Part shown: piece by piece, positions 48,595 to 61,179 of the stretch
How the letters are laid out: each line of letters starts with the position of its first letter
Position numbering within the stretch: the first letter of the stretch is position 1
From: Macrostomum lignano
Taxonomy: Eukaryota
NCBI GenBank assembly: GCA_002269645.1
Contig: NIVC01000238.1
Location: 103,118-167,117 of the forward strand
Direction: 5' to 3'
Length of the DNA: 64,000 bases
The notes under the pieces: generated by a model
Told to the model about the DNA's origin: nothing
Databases searched by the model: none
Seen by the model: the letters and a program-made list of their open reading frames with translations, nothing else
Made by a program: the position numbers and the translations under genes

Positions 48595-51580
48595 TGCCAC
48601 TGCAACCGCTTGTTGAAGTGGGGCTTGGCCAGTAATATTTTAACTCTGACGGTCACTGTTTAGGATATTCACAACCCTTAATCTGATTAGAGCGCTCTTC
48701 TATATGTAATCAATTTATACATTATGCTGTTAAACCAATTAATCAGTTTCAATACCTTAATTCGCAGAACTTTGAATTCAAACATATTCGCACAATACTA
48801 CTGCTTGGAATGAGAACATTGTCACTAGTGCTGGACTTCAGAGTTGAGTTACATGTAAGTGTAACTACTCACCAAACTTCTCAACTTTTTAAAGTGCATA
48901 GCTTGAAACCCAAGCGATGTCAAGGCGAATCGTTGTGACTTTCACTCAAGATTTGTTAGATTTCTAATCTGCTTCGCTTGCATGCTTAGAAACCATTTTG
49001 CTGTTTTCTTCCTGAAATCACGTCAAACTGAACTGTTATTTAACTGATTCTTGAATCTTTAACTGCTACTGACTTTGCACTCAGACAACTCAAAAGGTTT
49101 TCAATTCCGGCTAATTACGAACTAATAAATACTGAAAGCACTCGGACGTCCCATGCAAGCCGCTCGTCTTTTTTTCCTACCAGAGGATTTCTGGAGGTTT
49201 TTTTGGACGAGCGGAATAAATCTGTGTGCTCAGCTGTCTTCCAGTGCCTGCTTCTGGCTTCTAGACGGAAAGCTCTATGAATATGAATCTTCTCTCAATA
49301 TAAAAATGAACTGCGTGTCTGTGTTTCTGTGTGTCCGTGTGTCTGTCAGCTGTGTTTCTGTGTGTCTGTGTTTCTGCGTGTCTGTGTCTGTGTGCCTGTG
49401 TTTCTGTGTGTCTGTGTCTGTGTGCCTGTGTTTCTGCGTGTCTGTGTCTGTGTGCCTGTGTTTCTGTGTGTCTGTGTCTGTGTGCCTGTGTTTCTGTGTG
49501 TCTGTGTTTCTGTGTGTCTGTGTGTCTGTGTGTCTGTGTGTCTGTGTGTCTGTATGTCTGTGTGTCTGTGTGTCTGTGTTTCTGTGTGTCTGTGTTTTTG
49601 TGTGTCTGTGTGTCTGTGTGTCTGTGTGTCTGTGTGTCTGTGTTTTTGTGTGCCTGTGTGTCTGTGTGTCTGTGTTTCTGTGTGTCTGTGTTTCTGTGTG
49701 TCTGTGTGTCTGTGTGTCTGTGTGTCTGTGTTTCTGTGTGTCTGTGTTTCTGTGTGTCTGTGTGCCTGTGTGTCTGTGTGTCTGTGTGTCTGTGTGTCTG
49801 TGTGTCTGTGTGTCTGTGTGTCTGTGTGTCTGTGTGTCTGTGTGTCTGTGTTTCTGTGTGTCTGTGTTTCTGTGTGTCTGTGTGCCTGTGTGTCTGTGTG
49901 TCTGTGTGTCTGTGTGTCTGTGTGTCTGTGTGTCTGTGTGTCTGTGTGTCTGTGTGTCTGTGTGTCTGTGTGTCTGTGTTTCTGTGTGTCTGTGTGTGAA
50001 AGGAGAGATGAGATGAGAGGATAGAGAAGTTTCAAAGGACTCAAGGGACGTAGAGAGAGGCAGGGGCCAGAGACAGGGTTTGCCAATGCCTGCTTTAGAC
50101 AGACGTTGCCCGACATTCTGCGCGGTACCCCAGCCGACGAGATCAATGCTTCACTCAAATCTTCATGTAACACGAATTTACTCCATTTTATGTTTCCTCT
50201 ATCTTAATTATTAGCAAGTTTTTGTTTGAGTATGACCAGATTTAAGAATGCATTTAAAATAGTTCTGGGTATTTGAATTCTGCGGGTTCAAAATCCATGT
50301 TTTAGAACATGGCCGGTTCAAAATAGCTTATTTTATAGCTATTTATTAGTTTGTAAATTTATTACAGAACGTTCGCTTTTGTGAAATATGAAATCATACT
50401 ACTGTCATAAGCATGAAAACTTCGCAGCGCTTATCTCGAATTCATACAAGCCATGTTTCTTCCAATAGAATAAAGTAAATCCAATATAAATTTTTGTATT
50501 CATAAATTTTTGGATGTTTGTCAATATCCTCATTTCAAATTTACTTTGGAGAACCTGGTCTGGATATGTCAGTTGACTGCACCGATGAAGCGCTATTTGA
50601 AAAAGTTGTGCAAATTTCGTTTAGAGCCATTTGATCCCAGTCCAAAACCTAGGATAGGCTCCATTATTTGAGCGAATTTCAGATCCGGTTGTGAAACTCC
50701 AACAAAGAATCTACATTCAGCAGCTGCTCTGTTTGTAAAACCTGAGAGTTTGCACAGCGCTTTGAGCTTTTAGTGATCGCTGCAAAATGGAGTATTATTC
50801 TTTTTACTGGCATTGATCCATCTCAGCTTTCTGACATTTTGCATTTTTCCTGTTTTTTGACTAAGTTGATGTCTTCATTAGCTACACTGCAGATTCGTTA
50901 CGCCCCTCTAGTTCAATTCCTGTTGCTAAATGGCAGTTGTCAGTTAGGTGCGGTGTGTCTACACGTAGGAGAATATGGCAGGCTAGGAACAACGGTTAAA
51001 AGTCGCAGTTCACACACACAGGTAGACCAGCTGCAACCGTTTTGCACCGGCAGGCATTGGCTCCAATAATTTTAAGGCAATGCAATCTTCTGATTGGCAT
51101 CTCAGAGGCTGAGAAGCTAATTGGCTCAGAAACGTATTATGAGTATATAATTCGTGCAGCACAGAAATGAAACTACACCAACACGTCCCAGCTCTAAAAA
51201 GCAAGTCTGAGTACTAAAAAATTATTTTCTTAGGAAAGCAAGCCATAATAGCCATGTTTTCACGCCTAGAAGTTGCAGGCTGCCTGCTCAGCCTGCTGTC
51301 CGTTGCGTCCGGTGTCTGCGTCCGCTTCCGCGTCGTCTCCGGTTGCCCCGGAAACGTGACCGGCCTGTCGCAGGTCAGCGGAGTCCGAGACCCTCGCGCC
51401 TGCTCGGTGGAGTGCGCAGTACGACCCAACTGCACCGCCGTGTTCAAGCGAGACGGCACTTGCTATCTGGCCACTGCCGCTCAGCATGAGGCGCTGTGGA
51501 GACCCCTGGACTGCAGCAGCGAGGTCAGTTGGCTCTCTGTCATTTCTTTTTGTCTTGTGTTAATATTTCTTATTATGAAT
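48066..51580 (+). repeat. Segmental duplication unit B (diverged)
   Basis: Colinear with about 50-3020 apart from a microsatellite replacement and an insertion near 50.3-50.9 kb. Confidence 0.85.
49311..49997. repeat. (CTGTGTGT)n compound microsatellite
   Basis: 687 bp of 8-nt units with CTGTGTTT/CTGTGC variants. Confidence 0.97.
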
Positions 51581-51918
51581 TGTATTAGCCAAACATTGTA
51601 ACAGAAATTGACGTATGCAATCGTTTCCTTTAGGTTGTAGATGAGAGGAGATTGGTCACTGATACAACCGACAGTATTGAGTCTGTTGCAGCCTCCAACA
51701 GTGTCACAGCTCCAACTAGCCATGAAATTGCAGTTTCCACTACCAGCCAGCTTCCCTGCTCTCTAGCCAACCAGCCTTGCACATTCGATAACTCCTATCT
51801 GGCCGATTGCACCAGTGAAACAAAATTTCTGCAATGCGACGGTAGTAAATATGTGCAAAAGACTTGTGGGTCTGGAACAAAGTGGTCAGCAGCTCTGAAA
51901 ACGTGCGTTAACATTTAA
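51254..51918 (+). CDS. PAN/apple + short stalk + ChtBD2-like gene copy 9, intact (exons 51254-51523, 51634-51918; 184 aa)
   Basis: MFSRLEVAGCLLSLLSVASG; tttag|GTTGTAGAT in frame with ORF 51652-51918; CSLANQPC...DCTSETKFLQCDGSKYVQKTCGSGTKWSAALKTC. Confidence 0.85.
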
Positions 51919-52756
51919 ATCCGAATCTAACGGTCAGCTGTGAAGTCAACTATTGCTATCACTTTGTGGTCATCGTAGCACTCAGTAATACTCGTATTTG
52001 GTTTTCTTACTATGAGGTACGAGCGTACTTCTGGCTAGCTTTTCTGAGAACTGCTAACACAAGCAGCAAAAATAAACTGCTGGGCAAAAATGTAAATGTG
52101 GGATTGACGTGGTTAGGTTGAAGATAATATCGGGATGAAGTATGCGAAAGTTAGAAAAGCTGCTGGCAACTGCTGATGGCTGTGAATTGTGAGCGGCACA
52201 AGGGGCTTTTTAAGGGCGGGCTTGAGTGCAGGAAAAGAAATACAAAAGGCGGGCACAGACAAGACGCGTGAGTGAGATCCCGATTGAATTTCATAGGCTT
52301 TTCTATCCTAAAAAAATACTGGGAAAGATGACAAGCCTGTCACCAAATCCACAGGCGGAACGATACAGCGAAAAGAATTCATGAGAATAGGAAAGCATTG
52401 AGGTGCATCAGACACACAGGAGCTGGTAATTCATGCAGCTACATCGTAGAAAATGTGTATCAAAGCGTTTCTTTTTGCTCTCAACTATTTTTTCCCGAAA
52501 TTTCACGTCTCAACTCTAGAATTCTATCTTTATCCAGAATTATGTGAAAAACTCGTCTTTACTTTTAAATTTGCTTTGTTATAAAGTCAAAGACCTCTTA
52601 TCTGCGTATGTTTTAAACGCATTGGTCTTAATTTACTATGATTTTTTATCTTCAAATCATTTTACTTCTACAATATCCTTGTTATAGTCGATAGTTTCTG
52701 TGCTTCTCTAGAGCACCCTATTTCTCCTTATCTTGTACTCCTACATCCCAGGATCG

Positions 52757-53072
52757 AGCGAAGACGCCAAGTACTTCGTCTGCTACTGCCCGGTCTTCAA
52801 CCGAGACCGGCTCAACCACCTCGGGCCCAACCCTTTCCTGGACGACGCTTGCTGGCCCGAGAACATCCCACGGCTCATCCGGTTCCTCCGGGCCACCAAA
52901 CGAGCCTCCGTCTTCCCCACAAAAGACAACGCTGCAGCCAGGACCGGCAGACCTCCCTGACCGGCCCCGCGCCCCTAGCCTACGCCGGCCTTTCAGGGAA
53001 TAGCGGAATGGGCGACGCTCGCCTCCCCGCTGCGTCTTGGGACGCCCTGTAGCTAAGTCAAGTAAGTCAAAG
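52757..53072 (+). mobile_element. 5'-truncated LINE insertion (ORF2 C-terminus + 3' UTR)
   Basis: 15-bp TSD TACATCCCAGGATCG (52742-52756, 53073-53087); EDAKYFVCYCPVFNRDRLNHLG...LIRFLRATKR; TAAGTCAAG-type tail. Confidence 0.85.
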
Positions 53073-53106
53073 TACATCCCAGGATCGTCCTGAGACAACT
53101 CCTACC

Positions 53107-54980
53107 TGTGACGATTAATGCGGAAGACTTTTGTGTAGCGGATAAATTTAATTAATTTGATTGAGTCAACGATCCAGATCAGCAGCCGCAATTTCACACT
53201 AGCGTAATGTAAATTGGTTCTTAATAAACTTAATTGCAATGGGCTCTGGTTGCGCCTGGCGAAGGCCGGTCGGGACCCTGCTGATTGGTGGGCCTAGGTA
53301 GGCGGCGGAAGGTTTAACTTGTGAGGGCGAGGAAAGCCAGACGGCTAAGGGCCCGCGAGCAGAGAAGAAGTGAACAAGCGGGCGCTGACTGCAACTCCTG
53401 CAAGTGTATATTTATAATGAACATGTAAATATGATAGCAATTGATAAACAAGCCTAATCCGAAAACAAGCCCTAGCTGATCAGACAAACCCCCAGGCGAA
53501 ATGTACAAACAAATCGATAAAATATCGTGCTAGAATACTGCAAAGTAAATACATGTACATAGATAGGTACTACTTTACGAGAAGTAAGACGATAGGCATG
53601 AAATTTTAATAATATAATAAATACATACGAGGCGACAAATAACTACAAATACAAAAGTAACATAAGCGCAACATTAATAAGTATAGAATATTGTTAAATG
53701 AATGAATGATTACAAGTACGGTATGCGTGCGACACAATGAAATACGATATGATACATGCCTCAGCGAATCACACTGTCACACCTTAATGCTTTAAACTCT
53801 TGCTCAATGTTTCTCTAAACTACGAGAGTATGCATGTACTGATGTGTTCCTTATTACCAGTCCTCAACTGTAATCAAGGAACAATCACTTCTAGCTCTGT
53901 AGCTAGGCAACCCAGTAAGTTAACTGCAGGTACTTAATTACCTTAAATCCGGATTAGTAGTCTCGATGCTTCTTGAGCAGACTTCGGTGTAGTCCTCAGT
54001 GCAGATCTGATAGTAGATCTCGCCGGCTTCTAGACGTCTAGTGTTCGTAGATCAGGTCCGAGTTCCCTTCTCTTCCGTAGAAGTAGTTCCGGCCGGAATC
54101 TATCGTTCGGACCAATGGGAAGCTTCCAATTACAATGGGTACCCTGCGCCAAACTGCGGTCTTAATTAAGCCTCCTTCTAGCAGTGCCTCTATGCTCTCT
54201 AGGAATAGCTCCGGAAACCACTGATAGTCTTCTAAGATCTATCAGGGGCAGTCCTTCTGGAGACTGCAACCAGTAGAGTCTAAACAGACTCAAGAGTCTC
54301 AACCGACTCAAACTAAACTCAAGTCACACTGGACTTGAGTGAGACATCTCTAACAACAACGGGCGCAAATAAGGAAGGCTTACCGCAACAACTCGACCGA
54401 GTCTTGGTCCAGGAAGTCCGACTGTGGCTTCCTCTTCGGAGCTCTTCTCTCGAGGAGAAATTGTTGGCTCCAGGTCCGTTCCGGACCACTTGTATTTATA
54501 GGCGTTCGGGCCTCTCTCGAGGTCGTACATCACTGTCTTCGCAAATGTCAAAGGGTCACGATTCAGTGGTTGTCAAGCATGACAGGGCAGAAAGTTATGC
54601 AACTAGTCTACTGTAAAACACACATGATTAGTTACCGTATCTGGTGTTTTTCTGTCGCGTTTGATTGGTTCATCCGGTGCAGACCGGGTGCAAGCCAAAT
54701 GACGAATCGTAGGTGGGGTTTGAACTGACAAACGTAGGTTGCACGTGGCCAATGATGAATCGCAAATGGGATTTAACTCGACAATTGTAGGTCACGCATG
54801 ATTGGTTGGTTGCCAAAAATAACATGTTCGACTTTTCTCTCTTTTGATTGGTTGAATAAAATATATGTCTGGTTCAGCGCATATCTTTATACATGCTATT
54901 TAGTATACTACTGAATAAAATGTGTGAGTAGTACAGTGACCATTTTTATGTCTTTTTTACGGGAGGTGGAACACTCTACA
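53107..54980 (-). mobile_element. LTR-like sequence, boundaries uncertain
   Basis: Begins TGTGACG; minus-strand TATAAATA near 54494-54501 with several CCAAT boxes at 54660-54850; no TSD found. Confidence 0.3.
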
Positions 54981-55189
54981 GTACATGTATTTCATAAGTT
55001 CACATGACTATTTTTATGAATGAACGATAAGACAAATATGCGTTCCTTAGCAGCCTCCCGTTCATTTCTAAAAAAATTGAGTATCGCGTCCTTCAATTTT
55101 AGTTGTTACTAGCAATCCAGCCCGTTCGGGAGTGCAAAAAAGAAAATGAAAACATTGCTAAAATATTAAAGAATAGAGCCATACTTCCA

Positions 55190-56400
55190 ATAAGCTTTGA
55201 TATCTCAGTAATTCCCCCAGCTAAGCCTTGAAGTCTAAAAAATTTCCCCACTAAGCCTGACATCTCAGCAATTCCCTTAGCTGCAAGCCTTGACATCTTA
55301 CCAATTCCCCTGTAAGCCTGGACATTTCAGCAATTCCCCCAGCTGTAAGCCTTGACATCTCAGCAATTCCCCCAACTGTAAGCCTTGACAACCCAGCAAT
55401 TCCCTAGTAAGCCTGGACATCTCAGCAATTTTCCAATAAGCCTTGACATCTCAACAATTCCCCCTGTAAGCCTGGACATCTCAGCAATTCCCCAAAAGCC
55501 TTGACATCTCAGCAATTCCATAATAGGCCTTGACATCTCAGCAATTCCATAATAGGCCTTGACATCTCAGCAATTCCATAATAGGCCTTGACATCTCAGC
55601 AATTCCATAATAGGCCTTGACATCTCAGCAATTCCATAATAGGCCTTGACATCTTATCAATTCCCCCAGTTGTAAGCCTTGACATCTCAGCAATCCCAAC
55701 AGCTGTAAGCCTTGACATCCCAGAAATCCCCCCAGCTGTAAGCCTTGACATCCCAGCAATTCCCTCAGCTGTAAGCCTTGACATTCCAGAAATTCCCCCA
55801 GTTGTAAGCCTGGACATCCCAGCAATTCCCCGTAAGCCTTGACATCTCAGCAATTCCCCCAGCTGTAAGCCTTGACATCTTATCAATTCCCCCAGTTGTA
55901 AGCCTTGACATCCCAGCAATTTCCCAATAAGCTTTGACATCTCAATAATTCCCCCTGTAAGCCTGGACATCTCAGCAATTCCCCATAAGCCTTGACATCT
56001 CAGCAATTCCATAATAGGCCTTGACATCTTATCAATTCCCCCCAGTTGTAAGCCTTGACATCTCAGCAATCCCAACAGCTGTAAGCCTTGACATCCCAGA
56101 AATTCCCCCAGCTGTAAGCCTTGACATCCCATCAATTCCCCCAGCTGTAAGCCTTGACATCCCATCAATTCCCTCAGCTGTAAGCCTTGATATCCCATCA
56201 ATTCCCTCAGCTGTAAGCCTTGACATCCCAGAAATTCCCCCAGCTGTAAGCCTTGACATCCCATCAATTCCCCCAGCTGTAAGCCTTGACATCCCATCAA
56301 TTCCCTCAGCTGTAAGCCTTGATATCCCATCAATTCCCTCAGCTGTAAGCCTTGACATCCCAGCAATTCCCTCAGCTGTAAGCTTTGACATCTCAGCAGG
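55190..56400. repeat. Variable-unit minisatellite (core TAAGCCTTGACATCTCAGCAATTCCC; 25-33 bp)
   Basis: Degenerate units at left, homogeneous 33-bp units from about 56040. Confidence 0.92.
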
Positions 56401-59400
56401 ATTCCAGGAAGGTTTGCTGAATAAGAAGTTGGTCCCACTCCCACACTTGGGCATTTTTTGCGATTTATCTATATGAGATCCAAAGAGTTTGTTCAGAGAG
56501 CAACGTGCACTAAAATACTGTGAATCTGCATGTACATTAGTTTGATGTACATTAGAAATAGAATAGACTACAACAATTTAGATTTCTGGACTTTCGATAA
56601 TTGAATACTTTAGCCTCTACGCGGTGTGACTGACTGATTGATTCGAATTGATTCGAATTGATTCGAATTGAGACTGAGACTGAGACTGAGAGTAAGATTG
56701 AGATTTGTTTTCAATTAAACTCTAGAGGTTAATTTCCTATGCGGCTCTGACGAAAGCTCGAGTTTATGAATTCTTTCCCCTCATGGTCTGAGCGAACTGT
56801 TCGCGGTGTACGCGCTCTGTGCTCTCCTCCAGGCTAACCTCACTTCTCCAGCTGATTTAGTCTTTAGTGGCTTGGCCCAAAAAAACTCTGATAGCACACA
56901 CGGTGAGCATGTGGTAGTGGGCCTACCACTATGACTTTTATTCTAGTTAAATTTTGCTTATTTAGTGCATGCTGAAATTTGTGTAACCACAGGAAGGACC
57001 TCAATGACGTCAAATTTCGTCATCCGGAGGGCCCACCGCCGGGATTTCTCTCCCTCCCCCGTCGGGACTTTTCGCCATCCCGCTGCTGGACTCCACTTGT
57101 CCTCAGTCTGGATTCCCTTTGGCTTCTCCTTTACGACATTTTGCGATTTTCACCTTTCGCCAAATTTTCTGGGCACTCTATGCCCCATCGAAAAGAAACT
57201 GTGAGTTCGACTCCCGGAACCCTTTTGCGTCATTTAAAACCCGCAGTAAACAGGTCAGTTTTCAACTTTTCCCTTTTCCTTGCTTTTTCTTGTAGCTTCT
57301 CCCGCGCCGTGGCACTGCCGTTTCTCTCTCAGAAAACCTAAGTAACCCAATAAACTCATATTTAATTATCGTTGACTTGATAGTTTTGTTTGTAAATTAT
57401 TTCCCCACGGGACCTAAAACTTAAAATTCTCAACTCGAAGAAGCTCTGAGAACGAACGGTCCCTATACTTTAATTACGGTGGCGGCAGCACTACGCTACT
57501 CTTAGTAAGCATACGAGAAAATCGACCGAGATCAAATCGGTGTCTGAAAGCCTGAACGGCAATGCTAGCGACCGCTCGACTACGATTCTACTATACCCTC
57601 CGCCCGGAATTGAGGACCCGGCAGACGGAGTAACCAGGTGGATTCAAAGAGTACATTTCGCCAAATTTTCCGATTTGAAACGCGTGAGTTCGAACGCAGA
57701 CGAGTTGCCATTACCTTCAAGTCCTATTTTGAAAACCGCACCCAACCTCACGTATTTACTTTAGTATACTTCTTAGAAGCAGAACAACTTGCTGCAGTGG
57801 CATGGGTGCATGAGTTTCATAAACTCCTCACAGTTCATCAACTTTTATACCCTCATGACGGAGTGGGGAAGGCGGTTGATAAGAACATTGGCGCAACGGG
57901 ACGTCTCACTCCAAATGCACAGCACCTCACCCTCTGCAGGTATAATGCCAGGCTGCCTTTTCAGTTTAAATGAGCATATTTATACAAGCATACAGCAGCT
58001 TAGTAGCTGCTAAGGCTCCCATGTGACTTCTTTAAGAATTGCATACTCCCTTCACGCCTTTTCAAGTACTCAGTGAAGGCCAGGCTTATCCGGTAGGCAA
58101 TTATCGGTATTATGGTTGGCGACTGTGCACCCGGCCTACCCGTCTGCTCCTCCGCAAATTACCTGCCTACCCTCTTATCTCTCCAATTAGACCTATAGAC
58201 TGCAGTGGTGCTGCTTTATCCTTTAACATTGACGCCAATCTCCTCATCTGAAAGTCTGTGGGAGCAGGTATCTCATCTTTCTCGTTATGTATCTACTCAT
58301 CTTCATGCCGGTTGGAGCAGGTGTCTCATCTATCTTACTGTGCATTATCTCATTTTCAAGTCGGACGCCAATTATCTCAGCCCTAGTGCAAAATTTGCCG
58401 ATAACAATGGAACTCATTTCTGAGTAGCAGCACACAGAATCATCTATTGATGGAGCTGGCTGAGAGTTAGGTTGTTCTGCGACTTCGGTGCTCCTGACTG
58501 CAGCTGCTGCAAGTCCCCACTCATTACTGGCGGCACTTCACTGAAGCAGGGCACCTCACACAACTCAGGATGTCTGTCGCATGTCTATACAAAGTTGTTA
58601 ATTTTGTTCAGCTGCCGTCGTAACGATGTGTAAAAAAATCCAGTATGAAAAGATATTGACTCTTCTAGATTTTCAGCATGATGTTTTTTATTTCATGCCT
58701 ACGAATTCTCTTGCATGTGCTTTTAGTTGAGGCTAATCCCGAAAATAACTGCGGACAGCGATGACATCCTGCATGCATGCTAATGTACCTGCTGCGAGCT
58801 GTGCAACTGCAAGTTGTTCTGTGGTGAAGTGCAATCCTCCAACACCGTTGCTGCTCAACTGAGATGCAAATCATTGGACGTATCAGCCAACCTATGTCTG
58901 AAGGTTCATTCACACAGACACCTTGAATCAAGTCATCGAATCTCACAACTAATTAAAAAAATCAGGTTTTGCATTGCATGGAACTATTCGAACAGACGTT
59001 ATCTAATTCGAAGTTTCTAGAAAACTTTTAGCAAATTTGAAGCTTTTTCAGCAAGTTGAAGAAAAAGTTCTTACAAAACAGCTCCACATTGTAAGGCCAG
59101 CTTCTCTTTGGTCTAAGAAAGTTCTAAAACTAGTAAACAAGTGTAGCTCTCGCGCAACGAAGCCGCCACGAACCCTGGTTCGATTCAGTTCGAGGCGGGT
59201 CTACGACACTGTGCGATGCAGTCGAGGACTACATGTCTAGAGTGTACATGTCTGACGATTAGAAAGTCAGGGCCGCTGTACACCATGTGAGAGCGTGTGT
59301 ACAGTATTGGCGTCTGCCCAATTTAATGGTCGGACGACAATCCTCCTGCAATTATTATTTTAGAAACTGTCGCAGAGCAGCGCTCAAGAATCATCGGTAG

Positions 59401-59711
59401 ATAAAGCTCCTGAGCCATGAGCTAGGACAGCCGTCTGGGATTGGCTGCGAACCCGACACTGCTCAAACTTTCTTCCACATCTATTTGATATAGTCTCTAG
59501 CAAGCCTCTTCTCAGAAGCGAGCAAGCAAGAAACAATTAGCAGCAAACGAAATCTGCTTCCCTCCTGCAAGTGTAAACTCTATACGTCGTATGAGTAATT
59601 GATTTGGGATTTCAACAGTCAAAAGCCAGGTAAAATAGTTATCTCTTAAGTCTTTGTTCACGAAGAATCGCAACAAATTGAAGACTGACAATCAACCTAT
59701 CAACTGCAATC

Positions 59712-61179
59712 ATGACTGAAAAAGTTTTGTCTTCACAATTACTTGCCCTATTCGGTAAGTAACTGCCACCTGAACTTAAAAACCGTTTTTCAGTTATTCA
59801 GTGCATGCTGTTTATTATTTACATAGTTTGCTGCTCTCTCGTGCTTCGAGTACAAGGCACCACCAGTGTGCGGACCTATTCTGTGTGCTCAGAGCAGCAG
59901 CTTCACATGCTCAAAGCCGTTCTGAACGACTACAACAACGTCACGACTACAACCAAGGCCACTACTGTAATCGACTGTCTAGCAAAGTGCCAGAGGGTGA
60001 GCTGCAGCGCTGCCGTCTCGGTGGAGAGCAATGCCACGTGCGAGATGGTCACCATAGCAACCGCCAAGCTGTCAATCTCAGCAAATCAGGTGCAGCGAGT
60101 CATCGGATCTCAGGTCGGTGCGAAGGTGTGGAAGGCGGACGACAGCGACTGGCCTTCGCCTGCAGTGCAGCTTCGGAGTGAGTCATCAATGCATTGTTGT
60201 GGATGGCTACATGATGTCGGCAGAGACCGAAATTGCATTCAATCCAATTTTGTAACTCGCTGACGCTGTTCCATTGCAGACAGCAGCACAGGCCGCAACG
60301 GCTCAATCCAAAGCGTCCTCATCAACACGACCGGCTGCTACCTGATCAGAGCTGCCGGCGCCAGAGGTGGCGACAACTTACTGACGAACACATCCGGAGG
60401 CCAGGGAGCCCAGGTGAGCGCCAGAGTCAACCTGACGGCCGGCACCCAGCTGAGCATCGTTGTGGGCCAGATGGGCGGCTCGACGTCGTTGGATTACGAA
60501 GGAGGCGGCGGAGGCGGCGGCAGCTTCGTGTACCGGACGGTCGACCAGCTGCTGCTGCTGGCTGCCGGCGGAGGCGGCGGAGCTTCCTGGAATAGAAATG
60601 GTTAGGTCAAATAACAACAGTTTCTTAAATGGTAAATTAAAAGAATCCACAACCGTTTCAATCAGCAGTTTGATTGATGTCAATGTAGGACAACAAGGAG
60701 AGGCCGGCAGAAACGGTTCCGACAGCAAGGGCGCCAAAAGCGCACACGCGGGATTCGGCGGCACCAACGGTCAGCCGGGCTCCAACAGCCCCGCTAGCAC
60801 CCCAAGCAAAAGCAACCACGGCGGCTGCGGCGCCGGCTGGCTCGGCAGGGCCGTCAGCCCCAGACGGAGCTCCTCGGACGGAGAGAGAGGCGGCAGTCTG
60901 GCCGACGGCTTGGTCGGCGGCAGCGCTGGAGACGGCAGCGTCTGCCATGGAGGCTTCGGAGGAGGCGGTGGAGGCGGCAGCAGGACCAGCTCACTGAAAG
61001 GCGCCCCTGGAGCTGGCGGAGGCTTCAGCGGTGGCGGAGCCGGACTGAGCTTCGGCCACAGCGGCGGCGGCGGTGGCTCCTTCTGCAGGGGCGGCTGCGT
61101 GTTCGGCAGCACCTGGACCGTCGACCAGGGCTTCGTGTCCGTGCTTCTGGAGTCGGCCGCCTGCGACTCGCGCACCTGA
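59712..61179 (+). CDS. Secreted PAN-like + ALK/LTK glycine-rich-domain gene, copy C, intact (exons 59712-59754, 59827-60177, 60280-60600, 60689-61179)
   Basis: Spliced signal MTEKVLSSQLLALFVCCSLVLRVQG; YLIRAAGARGG, LSIVVGQMG, GGGGGGSFVY, LLLAAGGGGGA, GGFGGGGG, GAGGGFSGG, GGGGGSF, GFVSV motifs typical of the ALK/LTK Gly-rich region; no TM or kinase. Confidence 0.87.

Noticed and set aside
55596-56476. ORFs (AVSLDIPSIPP)n and antisense equivalents
   Set aside because: Confined to the minisatellite; upstream units are out of frame; no splice or start support.
56641-56690. (GATTCGAATT)3 as a heat-shock element
   Set aside because: TTC and GAA are adjacent without the 2-nt spacing of nGAAn arrays; treated as a short tandem repeat.
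56982-57973. Putative LTR + PBS (TGGCGGCAGC) + ORF 57638-57973
   Set aside because: LTR end lacks CA, no partner LTR, and the ORF has no recognisable gag/pol motif.
59805-59826. ATG 59805 as start of the Gly-rich gene (ORF track)
   Set aside because: Lies in an intron; paralog B lacks it, and both copies share a 43-nt upstream exon with GTAAGT donor.
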